Notes under the pieces: model-generated
The model's input: only the letters and a program-made list of their open reading frames with translations
What the model was told of the DNA's origin: nothing
Databases searched by the model: none
Source of the DNA: Octopus vulgaris
Taxonomy: Eukaryota
DNA length: 64,000 bases
Direction of reading: 5' to 3'
NCBI GenBank assembly: GCA_951406725.2
Contig: OX597828.1
Location: 73,222,001-73,286,000, forward strand
Shown here: piece after piece, positions 13,401 through 25,440 of the stretch
Position numbering within the stretch: position 1 is the first letter of the stretch
Layout of the letters: every line of letters begins with the position of its first letter
Program-made: the position numbers and the translations under genes

Positions 13401-15500
13401 TTTTACCGACAAACATAGGATCTTCTCTTTTACCGACAACCATGGGATCTCTTTTACCGACAAACATGGGGTCTTCTCTTTTACCGATGAACATAGGATC
13501 CTCTCTTTTACCTACAAACATAGGATCTTCTCTTTTACCGACAAACATAGGATCTTCTCTTTTACCAACAAACATAGGATCTTCTCTTTTACCGACAAAC
13601 ATGGGATCTTCTCTCTTACCAACAAACATGGGATCTCTTCTTTTACCGACAAACATCGGATCTTCTCGTTTACCAACAAACATAGGCTCTTTCTCTCGTT
13701 TACCAACAAACATATGACTTTCTCTTTTACCGACAAACATGGGATCTTCCCCTCGTTTACCCACGAACATAGGATCCACCCCTCGTTTGCCAACGAATAC
13801 AGGATCTTCCTCTCGTTTACCGACAAACACTGGATCCTCCTCTCGTCTTCCGATAAACATAGGATCTTCTCGTTTCCTGACAAACATAGGGTTCTTCTCT
13901 CGTTTACCCACAAACATTGGATCGTCTCGTTTACCTACAAACCTAGGATTTCTTTTACCGACAAACATAGGCTCTTTCACCCGTTTACCGATAAACATTG
14001 GATCTTCACGTTTACCAACAATCATAGGCTCTTTCTCTCTTTTACCAACAAACATTGGATCTTCATCACGTTTACCAACAAACATAGGTTCTTTCCCCCG
14101 TTTCCCGACAAACATAGGATCTTCTCGTTTACCGACAAACACAGGATCATCCTCTCGTTTTCCAACAAACATGGGATTTTCCTCACGTTTACCGACAAAC
14201 ATTGGATCCTGCTCTCTTTTACGACCAAATACAGTCTCCCTGGAAAATGGTGCAACGAAAGCTGAGGGAAATGACGCCGGCTTTTGTTTTCCCGTTAAAA
14301 ACGTATCGTTATTTCGTAAAGAACGAAATATTAGATCCGGTTCATGTATATTAGTGTATACAGATCTTGAATTTCGCTTTCTGGGAAATAAGGGATGATC
14401 GTTTTGTCGTTTGCCTGCCGATACAGAATCATAATGAACTCGTTTGCTTATAATAATGGGATCATCTGGTTTGTTTAAAAACGTGTGATCCGGATATTGT
14501 TTTCCTCCAAATAAGGGCTCACCATGGAATGGTTTGCCTGTATATATTACATTATCATCGTATATGGGATCGCCTGGCTTGTTTGATATGTCCTGGTCAA
14601 GATAATCATGTGTAGGTAACTGATTATTATAACCTCTTTTTCCTACAAATAAGGGGTCATCATCTCGTTTGCCTACAAAAAGAGGATCATCATCTCGTTT
14701 GCCTACAAATAAAGGAGTTTCTAGCTTTTGGTCATGATAATTCTGTTTTCTTCTAAATAATGGAACTTGTATACCTGCTAACAAGGGATTTTCCTCCGTA
14801 CGTCGTTTGTTTACAAATAACCGATGGAGTGAATTCTCAACGGAGAGAGGGTATTCACTCCTTTTGCCTACAAACATGGGATCTTCGTCCCTTTTACCTA
14901 CAAACATGGGATCTGGATTTCGTTTACCAACAAAAAAGGGATCTGAATCTCGTTTACCAACAAAAAAGGGGTCTGGATCTCGTTTACCTACAAAAAAGGG
15001 GTCTGAATCTCGTTTGCCTACAAAAAAGGGTTCTGAATGTCGTTTACCTACAAAAAACGGATCTGGGTCTCGTTTACCAACAAAGAAAGGGTCTGGGTCT
15101 CTTTTACCTACAGAAAAAGGGTAAGGATTTCTCTTCCTTATATATAAAGTGTTTGGACCCCTTTTACCAACGAAGATGGGGTCTGGATCCCGTTTACCGA
15201 CAAATAAAGTGTCTGGATCCTTTTTACCTACAAAGAATGGATCTGGAACCCGTCTACCAACAAAAAGGTGGTCTCGACCCCGTTTTCCTACAAAAAAAGG
15301 ATCTTGATCCCTTTTCCCCACAAAAAATGGATCTAGGTCCCGTTTTCCCACAAAAAATGGATCTGGGTCCCGTTTTCCTACAAAAAAAGGATCTGGATCC
15401 CTTTTATCTATAAACATGGGGGCTGGATCTCGTTTATCAACATATAAATGATGTTCGTCGTTCCGATTACCTAACAACATTGAGTCCGGATCCTGTTTAT
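10462..15500 (-). CDS. Giant PXFVamide (Mytilus inhibitory peptide-related) neuropeptide precursor exon
   Basis: Branch-like gctaat followed by actttctttgcag|AT at 15500 (phase 1), in frame with the signal exon (1706 aa product). Contains tandem DPDPFFV-GKR, EDPMFV-GKR and EDPMFI-GKR units with the C-terminal P-x-F-V-amide motif. The ORF itself has no signal peptide. Candidate ATTAAA at 10205-10210. Confidence 0.92.
11490..14220 (-). repeat. Coding minisatellite, mainly 27-bp units (24-30 bp variants) encoding KR-EDPMFVG
   Basis: Plus-strand unit tcttttaccgacaaacatgggatcttc is repeated about 100 times (estimated from length divided by unit size), always in frame. Confidence 0.95.
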
Positions 15501-16816
15501 CTGCAAAGAAAGTGTGGAGAATTTTCGTATTAGCTGATTTCATACCATTACCTTCTTTATATTATCCTTAATTAATCTAGAATATTTCATATTTTTGTTG
15601 ATATTCTTGTAACTAATTATATTCCCAACGTGAAACAGTAACGGAAAAATATTTATATCAACGGATCAGCTTCGACGAATGACAAGGTCTTGGCTATATT
15701 TCTTTTAAGTTCTGCCGCATCACACATTTCATTTTATACTTTCCAGCTTTTCATCGTGTGTTTACAAGTCTTGGTGCTTCGGTGATTTTGGTTGAATCTT
15801 GATATTTGTATCCCAATGCATTATCCACAAAAATTTGAGTAAAATTCTTTGTTAAAAGCATTTTTTCTTAGATCTTTAGCCAGGGAAAAAAGTGGTTTCA
15901 TATGTGCTACTACGTGAAGTATTTAAGCAGAATGCAATAGCTGATTCCCTAATGTAGACTCTGTAACCATTCTAATTGCTATGATGCTATGGACTTAAAG
16001 GCATTAAATCATCTGCGATATTACTTTTGATAAATATATTTGGAATTCCGTGATTATAACTTGTGATATAGTATTGTCTATTACTTTGCACTTACGTTTA
16101 TTGTAGAAAAGAAAATGTTCTTCGCTATAGTTTGAAATGCTTGTCAAGTCGATCTATTATTTTCCCAGTGTTCTTTAGTTATATTTCGAATGAGAAAATT
16201 GTGACAACTATGCCTGTAAACACGAAAAGGATGAGAGATTCCTGCACCTAAGACATCTGTACTAGTATGGTATTTAGGTTCTCCAAATGGATTGTATATT
16301 TGAACATTGCAAGTCATTTGTAAGGAGGCTATCCATTTAAAACAAGGTTTTTTTTTCTTTAAAAGGACAAATGGAGAAAAAATTTGAATAAATTTGAAAT
16401 TGCTATCTTGAGTCGCTGAAACGAATTGTGGAACGAATTTGGATATTGAATCCTATTAGCTAAGAATATATCCTAAGAGCTGGCTGCCAGCAGATTTAAT
16501 TTGATGTTATTGGACATTCCTGAAACATTATTACCATTTGATCCACTCGTATGATGCATTTCAGTTGCACCATTTAACGTTGTTTGGAACGATTGTCACT
16601 TACCATTATTGAAAATTCCCTATAACCTGATATGCCATTTACTGACATTTCTGCCGAAAAAAGGGAGAGCGGTAGTTTACCTCTTCCTCTCTAGATGAAA
16701 TTTTAAATGCTCAGACTAAATTAAATCGCTAGTAATTTTCTGCGAGAAATGTTTTTCCCGCGAGCTTTTCTATCTATATCAGGAATATTAGCGAATCTCT
16801 AGTGTACACACCAATT

Positions 16817-17598
16817 TCACTTACCGATTAATACAAATTGTATACCTTTACGTCTGAAAGTATTCCAAATTTTAAGATCAAGCAGTTTAGCTAAGGTTTC
16901 AGTAGCATTGTGCCAAATTCTCGGGTCCAACATTTCCAAATTATTCTTACCTAAAAATTCCATTGGACGCTTATCAAAGTAATCCAATTTTCTTTTTCCC
17001 AAAAATTCCATGGGGCGCTTTCCTAGGAATTCCATACCTCTTTTTCCAAGGAACTCCATTGGGCGTTTACCTAAAAATTCCATTGATCGTTTTCCAAGAA
17101 ATTCCATTGGTCTTTTCCCTAAGAATTCCATACGCCTTTTTCCCAAGAATTCCATCCGTCTTTTACCCAAGAATTCCATTCTTCTTTTATCATCTAAATC
17201 ATCTGCTCTCTTTCCCAAGAATTCCATAGGACGTTTCCCCAAAAATTCCATAGGGCGTTTACCCAAAAATTCCATCGGTCTTTTTCCTAAGAATTCCATT
17301 GGTCTTTTTCCTAAGAATTCCATCGGTCTTTTGCCAAGGAATTCCATCGGCCGTTTACCAAGAAATTCCATTGGTCTTTTACCGAGAAATTCCATCGGCC
17401 TCTTTTCAAGACCCTCATCTTCGTCATCAGTATAGGCAATGAAAGGATCATTCATTACCGATTCATCTGGTAGCGCTACTTCACCATTATCTTGCGTATG
17501 ACCACTAGGGATGTTCAAATAGGAACTGCCTACAAGTGGCTTCATAACTGTGTCCTTCACTGCGTTTTTCACAGACTCTGAATCAGCGGCATTGTAAT
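16817..17598 (-). CDS. xMEFLamide (EFLamide/TRH-like) neuropeptide precursor exon
   Basis: Acceptor tttctttgtatttctag|AT at 17598 is phase 1 and in frame with the signal exon (287 aa product). An acidic spacer precedes 16 KR-flanked xMEFL-G units (11 PMEFL, 3 RMEFL, 1 SMEFL, 1 GMEFL) and a final PMEFLGK without a dibasic site. Gly-Lys-Arg indicates amidation and convertase cleavage. The ORF-track N-terminus (17680-17599) is intronic. Confidence 0.9.
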
Positions 17599-18093
17599 CT
17601 AGAAATACAAAGAAACACAACAAATCAACACAAGACATCCACACTACACCATAAATACCGGAGGAAACAGCAGCATCCACAGCATCAGCGGCAACAGCAG
17701 CAGCAGAAAGAGCAAAATTAGTAACCAGTCATACAAAACTTAGCAAAACCTTAAACATTCTCTCCTCCATTTTATCTTTCATTCTACATGTCCTCTTTGT
17801 ACGCGGGCGTGCGCATGTGTGCGTGTGTGTGTGTGTTTATGTTTGTAATGTAAATTTGTATATAACAGATTCCTCGAAAATAATCTGACTAAAATGTCCA
17901 GTTAAAACATGGCGACGTAGAAATCAATAACGTGCAGAAATGTTTGTCTGACGATACGGATGTTCATTAGATCTGCTTGAAGCTACGAGTTTGGTTTTCA
18001 GTTGAATGAATTAAATTACTTATATCCAGCCCATGCTACTCAGTACTTTCCTACTTTCCTCCCGTTCGTTTGTATACTTATATTCATGTGTAT

Positions 18094-18154
<61 letters not shown>

Positions 18155-18165
18155 ATATATATATA

Positions 18166-18353
18166 TACCAAATTTAGAGGACTGACCACTAAAACAATGG
18201 ACAGCCTATATACTAGATATAGACTTTTACATTTTGTTTTTTTGCTGAACATTTTCTTGCGAACACATTCTTCGTGGAAAATGGCGATTTTGACGTCTAT
18301 ATCTAGCATATAAGGTGTCCATTTTTTTAGTGGTCAGTCCTCTAAATTTTGTA
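18166..18353. mobile_element. MITE-like inverted repeat (about 65-bp arms, TA ends) in the neuropeptide gene intron
   Basis: aaatttagaggactgaccactaaaa..ctagatatagac and gtctatatctag..ttttagtggtcagtcctctaaattt are reverse complements. Confidence 0.8.
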
Positions 18354-18547
18354 AGTAAAAAAAATTTTAATCTTCGGAATTTTTAAAAATATGCTAGGCC
18401 ACTGGTTTTGATTGATTAATATCCATTTCTACCCTTATTTAATTATATATATATATAGATAGATATGAGTGTTTGTGTGTGTGTGAGTATCTGTGTGTTA
18501 ATGAATACTTTTCTACTTTCCTAATATGTATTTATGTATATATACAT

Positions 18548-18588
<41 letters not shown>

Positions 18589-18629
18589 AAGGCTGGATAT
18601 AAGTAATATATATATATAAAGGTGTGCTC

Positions 18630-18661
<32 letters not shown>

Positions 18662-19288
18662 GTGTGTATGTACGTGAACGAAATGAGAAATAAGGAAAGA
18701 TTCGAAAATTGAAGGAAGTTTATTGAAACTTTACATTTCGGGTGCAAAGGCCCATCTTCACAGGATTACACTAAAGGTAATATGTATCTACATAGACCCT
18801 GCCATACTGGAAAGTCCGCTGCTTGTGCTGGTAGCAGTAGCTCCTCAAATCCTGCTGTAGCTGGGAAGGTAGATGTGGCGCATTCTGCATGATTACAACT
18901 TTTCCTTATTCTTCATTTCATTCATTATTCTATGTCTGGAAAAATTCTGTCATAAAACTGTGTATGTTTGTGTGTGTAATTGAGTGGGTGTGTATTTAAT
19001 TAGATGATATATATTCTATAAAAACACACATACAACACGCATGTATCCATATACGTACACATAGATAAACCCGACACAGGAAATATTTTATCCAGGCTCA
19101 CAGATTCATGCAGAAATAATATGTATATCTATGTATGTATGTATTTAGCTATATATGTGTTTGTATGTATAGATGTATGTATTATGTATGTATGTATCTA
19201 TCTATCTAACTCTGTATGTATGTATCTATCAATCTATCTATCCATCTATCTATCTATCTATCTATCCATCTTTCTATCTATCTATCTG

Positions 19289-19406
<118 letters not shown>

Positions 19407-19874
19407 GTGTATATAAATATATACATATATATATATATACATAATTACATACATACATTCATGTGTATGCACGTATGTATGTATTCCAAGAAGGCACGGT
19501 ACCAATGACGGTCTGTTCTACTTTTGCTTGTAGTAAATAAAAACATTCCTGAGATTTTCAATATTTTGTTTTGTTAGAAGTAATTGCTGAGTATGTAGTG
19601 TGGTAATTTCGGCCGTATCTCGAAATATCACATCAATCTCTCACTCGTACACACACAGCAGCTATCATATTCTCACATATGTGCAACAGAGCATATACAT
19701 ACACATATATATATGTGTGTATAGAAAACAACCGTTGGGTGTAGAAAACAACGTTGCTTTCGTATATACACCTTCACATAGTTACACACGCAAACATCTA
19801 TAAGTAAATACGTGAGTTTGTCAGAGATATATTAAGGAACTATATGGACAGAGAATCACTTTGGAATTACATAC

Positions 19875-19956
19875 CGATGAGATGCCCATTCTTGACCTGT
19901 CCCCAAACTGAGGCAGATAGAATTACCACAATGTACACAGACAAGTAGATCCTCAT
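19875..19956 (-). CDS. Signal-peptide exon of the neuropeptide precursor gene (MRIYLSVYIVVILSASVWGQVKNGHLI + 1 nt)
   Basis: Minus strand has acceptor ttttcttttattgcag (exon starts 19984), ATG at 19956, 27 codons and a phase-1 donor ATCG|GTATGT at 19875. The peptide has a basic N-region, a hydrophobic core and a VWG|Q cleavage-like site. It is too short for the ORF track. Confidence 0.9.
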
Positions 19957-20072
19957 TTCTAATGTAATTTGCTGCTTGAAGCTTCTGCAATAAAAGAAAA
20001 CAAAGACAAGGTAAGTAAATTCATCAATTTCTCAAGTCTATATATGTATATATATATATTTATGTATGTATG

Positions 20073-20128
<56 letters not shown>

Positions 20129-20553
20129 AATATATGTATGTATATATGTATATACGTATACATACATATATATGTGTACATACATATATATATATATATA
20201 TATATGTATATATTTATATATGTATATGTATATCTATATATATATAGTGAATATATAAATAATTCCAGAAGATTGATAGAGAGAATGAGAGAGAGAGAGA
20301 GAAAGAGAGAAAGAGAGAGATGAAATGCTCATTGTATAATAAATATGAAAAGTAATATGTTAAATCTCATGTTCGAAATAATCAACGAGTGTATATATAC
20401 ATACACACATACACACATTCATATATACATATATATACACACACATTCATACATGTATATTTACCTATATGCGTGTATGTATGTTTATATGTATGAATAT
20501 ATACATATATAGATATATATGTATATATATATATATATATATGTAGATATATA

Positions 20554-20614
<61 letters not shown>

Positions 20615-20869
20615 AAGAGGATAAAATCTCTATACGAATTTATCAAGTAGTTAGTGTGAAAAAACCTCATAAGGGAAAATTTATTAATTAATCTCTCTTA
20701 ATATATATATATATATATATACATATATATATGAATCGGTTTCATTACGCAATATTTTAATAAGGAAAAGCAATAGAAAACTCCAGCTGTCACAAGTATT
20801 TTCTCACAATCAACTTTTATTTCCTGTTTTACAAGTGTTCAAGGTGGCCACCACCTGCAACACGGGCAA

Positions 20870-21055
20870 CATCAATGCGATAAGAGAATTCCACCTAGAC
20901 GCGTATCAGCATTTCAAAAACAATTTCATTGTGGAAGTAAAAAATAAATTTGCGTTGTTTGAGGCGATTGCAGAAGATATTGACATAGAAGGGAAATGGA
21001 AAAACTTCGATAAAGCTTTCAAACAGACGGCCAAAGAAGTACTCAGTGGATCGTG
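20870..21055 (+). mobile_element. Degenerate LINE (RTE-like) linker fragment
   Basis: FIVEVKNKFALFE..DIEGKWKNFDKAFKQTAKEVL resembles the linker between the AP endonuclease and RT domains. Confidence 0.6.
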
Positions 21056-21379
21056 ATACGATGATACGCGTCTGGAGTTCTCTTATCGCATTGCTGGTGT
21101 ACCTGCTGAAGAAGACTTCGCCTAGAAAATTATTTTACTTGCTAAAAAGCTCTGAAACCATTGGTCCTGGAGTTAGATGGTGTATGTTTTTATTTATCGT
21201 TCCCTTCAAAATTTTATCCCTAATAGTGGTTTGGAATTTAACTGTTATGGGTGCCTCCTATGTGTTTAAATGTACACTGTATTTATATGAATAATATATG
21301 TCTATTGACTAGATTTTTTCACCCTAGGCCACTGGTAATGGAAATTTCTAATATTTCTGATTACCCTTTTGATATTATT

Positions 21380-21485
<106 letters not shown>

Positions 21486-22926
21486 GTATATATATATGTA
21501 TACGAGGGTTAATTTATTCGACTAAAACTCTTCAAGGTGGTACTCTAATATGGCTGCCATCCAATGCTGGAAACTGAAGGAAAGTAACATCTTTGTTCAA
21601 GGTGAGAAGTGAACTTAAAACATAAAGGTTATATTTAAAAACCACTTGATATTTTGTCCGCCATTCAATGCCATTTCCATTCCCCACCCGCATCTCCTGG
21701 TTTTGTAAACATGGAGACAGTATTCTCGAAATTTTCCAATTATGGTTTATTTCATAATACAAGCTTAATTTGTATTTTATAAGTAGCCGGAAATTCCTTT
21801 TCAAAATCGACTAAAAAATAAATAAAATGAAACAAAAAAAAGTGAGAAAAATATCAAAAAGATTTCGATTTAAGAAAATATTTTTCTCTCAATGAAAAAA
21901 CTTCAATTTTTTTCATTTCAAAAATAAAACAATTTAACAATAGAACGATTAACAGATAATATTCGGATTAAACATCGAACTAAAGAGATATTCCAGTAAA
22001 TTTATAATGCCCCTTAATCATTTTCAATTCAATGTAATAATTCTAAGTTAAGCGTCTATTTAAACTAAAACCCGTTAATCCTCTAATCTCATCTCAGGAC
22101 TATAATCCTACAATATTGAAGAAATCTCTGTCTCACAGAAGTCTTAATTGAGCTCATATTATTTTTATTCATTTAGTGTTTTGTTTATTTTTACTGTCCT
22201 TTTTTTTTAGTTTTCTTTAATAATCAGGTTCGATTCATTTATTTAGTTATACAATTCTACCAATTTTTTTTTATATAGAGCAGTGTGTGGCAACCACTGC
22301 CACTGCCACACATACAGTTAATTGATTTATCTTCGTTCCGGCTCAACTTAGAGCTGGAATGATTTGCTTTTCAGAAAAGTACAGAAATCACTTGTTTACA
22401 CGGAAACGTTCATATTCATGCACAACTATATTATTAAGGAAAAAGGACCTTATTCGAGTTATATAGACTTTAGGGGCCGTTTTCTCAGGGTCTGTTTCTT
22501 GTATATTCCCCAGTGCACAGGACGCCCGTTCGTAGCAGGATTACTCATTTTTGAATTGAGGTGTTTTGCTCAAGAACACAATCTGTCGCCAGCTACAGAA
22601 ATTGAAACCGAAATCTTACGATCAAGAGTCCAACACCCTAACAACTATGCTACACGCCTCCGCTCATTCATATAGATAGAGCATTCGATAGATAGATTGA
22701 AATACCTACTTATATATTAGATATACATTCACACACACACATATATATATGTGTATATATATACATATATACGCACACACAGTCCCCGCTACATACATTA
22801 ATTCTCTATATTTTTGGCATTCCTTGTAAGTCGGTCCATTCTGTATGTAAGTATGTATACACTTTTTGTATTTCATGGATCTTATATACTTAATATATTG
22901 ATATGTCGATATATATACATACATGC

Positions 22927-22957
<31 letters not shown>

Positions 22958-22978
22958 TATGTATACATACATATATGC

Positions 22979-23009
<31 letters not shown>

Positions 23010-23130
23010 TGTATACATACATATATATATATATATATACATACACATATATATGTATATATATATATTAATATTTATATATATATGTATATACATATGC
23101 ATGTAATGTATATATAAGTATGTAATATAT

Positions 23131-23172
<42 letters not shown>

Positions 23173-23831
23173 ATGTATACATCTATGTCTATACATATGT
23201 ATGTATGTGTGTATTCAAAGAGACAGACAGACAGGCAGAGATTGAGAGATTTATTTAAGGACATAACAAGATTATTTATCCCAGCAGATGTGCTTATTGG
23301 GGGAAATTAATTTTTCTTCACGATGCAAACCAGAAATATAAGATCATTGCTTGTAGAGTGAAGTAATTAGGAGTCGTAGATAAATGTTTTGTGGTGAACT
23401 AATATGATATGCTATATATCTGAATGACCTGGTCTTTGTATTGGTCGTCTGCCAATCAGTCAATCATATCTAATTTCACTAATAAAACCGACGCCGCAGA
23501 GGAGCATTCTGAGTAATAGCGGATGTTCATTTCGATAGAAATGATTCAGACCTGAATAGAATACTGAAAGTGTTATGGACGACAAGATCACGCAGATGGC
23601 TTTCACGCCTTGGGGAAACAATAGAATGTGTGAAAATAGCGCAATTGCATTGGAGTAGATGGAAGTCACTTACGACGTTGCCTGAAAGAGTTAAGTGATC
23701 GATGACTATGTCAAGGCAGAGGAGAAAATCGATGGTGTGTGGAAGGGATGAGGGACAAGAAAGTAGAAGCGATTATCTAGTCACCTTCCTTCCTTCCTTG
23801 TAAGAGTACACTAAGTGGTGCTACTAAGGAC

Positions 23832-23865
<34 letters not shown>

Positions 23866-23910
23866 GCATTAATAAATCTCTGAACGAGATATAAACATTA
23901 ACCGCTCGAC

Positions 23911-24227
23911 AACGTAAAGTGCACTAGCCATCTGAATGTGGCTAGCCACTGAGGGTGGGGTGTTACTGATGCTTTTAGCCCCAGGAGATCAACGTCACCA
24001 GCTGGCCTTAGACACAAAATTTCAGTGCCCTTGTGTTATTTGCAAAGGAGGTCATCCTCCTCGAAAACCTAAGTGATACATACGGACTATAGTTTCAAGG
24101 TAATTGCCTCTCGTCAACGCATGTGTCTAAGGCCAGCTGGTGACGTTGATCTCCTGGGGCTAAAAGCATCAGTAACACCCCACCCCCAGTGGCTAGCCAC
24201 ATTCAGATGGCTAGTACACTTTACGTT
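23911..24227. repeat. Inverted repeat with 106-bp arms and 105-bp spacer
   Basis: 23911-24016 is the reverse complement of 24122-24227 with about 2 mismatches. Confidence 0.9.
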
Positions 24228-24318
24228 ATATATATATACTTATATATATATATTCACATACATATAGACACACGCATACACATATATATATATGTATAGA
24301 TATGTGAGTGTATATATA

Positions 24319-24375
<57 letters not shown>

Positions 24376-24576
24376 TGTATGTATATGCACGTGTGAATTT
24401 ATATATATGCAGATCAGAGATTTAACTAAATGTCAGTCCTTCAACAAGCACCTATCAAGATCCTGGAGCAACGTATCACATCGAGATCGAACGAATCAAT
24501 CGTTAGCTTCACAGAAATGAACACCGAAGCAGAAACTAAAATTCCAACTTAACATTTAACCTAATGACATACATAC

Positions 24577-24745
24577 TTTGATCTCATTATATTTTAAAAC
24601 GACGAACACCTTGATAAATTCAAATCTTCTTTTTGTCGCATTTCGATCATGCAAAATGGATCAATATTTGAATATCCAAGTGAAATAATTGCACGTTCTG
24701 TTCTTCGCTTTTAACGCACTAATGCATAATCTTCATATTTTTATA
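24577..24745 (-). promoter_or_regulatory. Candidate TATA box, initiator and non-coding first exon of the neuropeptide gene
   Basis: Minus-strand TATAAAAA at 24745-24738, TTAGT Inr-like motif near 24720, donor AAA|GTATGT at 24577. The signal exon has an acceptor, so an upstream exon must exist. TATA-Inr spacing (about 25 nt) is short. Confidence 0.25.
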
Positions 24746-24961
24746 GTCTATTTTAATTCTGTATTTAAAACCATGTAGTTTCACCTATATAACTTGTGAA
24801 ACATATCTCAGTGTGACAGTTTCCACTTGTTTCTTCCCATTCCACGCTCCCTTAATTATGTCTATGCATGTATGCAGGTATGTATGTAAGCATATGTGTA
24901 TGTATATAGGTATTATGCATATATAAGTATAAATATGCATGTGTATCTATCTATCTATGTA

Positions 24962-25007
<46 letters not shown>

Positions 25008-25237
25008 GCTCAGAGATGATCTTTTTGACAGTTATTCCAACCCATATATATATGTGTGTGTTTGTATAATATATGTATATATACATGTATATAATTATAT
25101 ATATATATATACATACATAATATGATATCTTCAACGGTTCCATAACTCCTGTCTCGGCTTTGACTATGGAGTCCTGGTAATCCGTTACAGCACTTACCCA
25201 GCGTACCTAGTCGTTTAGATCACCTGTGAACTAAACC

Positions 25238-25440
<203 letters not shown>

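Noticed and set aside
11490-14220. CRISPR-like regular array
   Set aside because: There are no unique spacers or cas genes. It is an in-frame eukaryotic coding repeat.
11474-14398. Long plus-strand ORFs of 747, 928 and 219 aa
   Set aside because: They are antisense shadows of the 27-bp coding repeat, whose unit has no stop in those frames. They end where the array ends.
15501-15543. ATG 15543 as the start of the PXFV precursor
   Set aside because: No signal peptide follows, and the segment is the branch point and pyrimidine tract of the 15500 acceptor.
17599-17680. Hydrophobic N-terminus of the 287-aa ORF as its own signal peptide
   Set aside because: It starts at GTG rather than ATG, and the hydrophobic stretch is the translated polypyrimidine tract of the acceptor. 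A proper signal exon exists at 19956.
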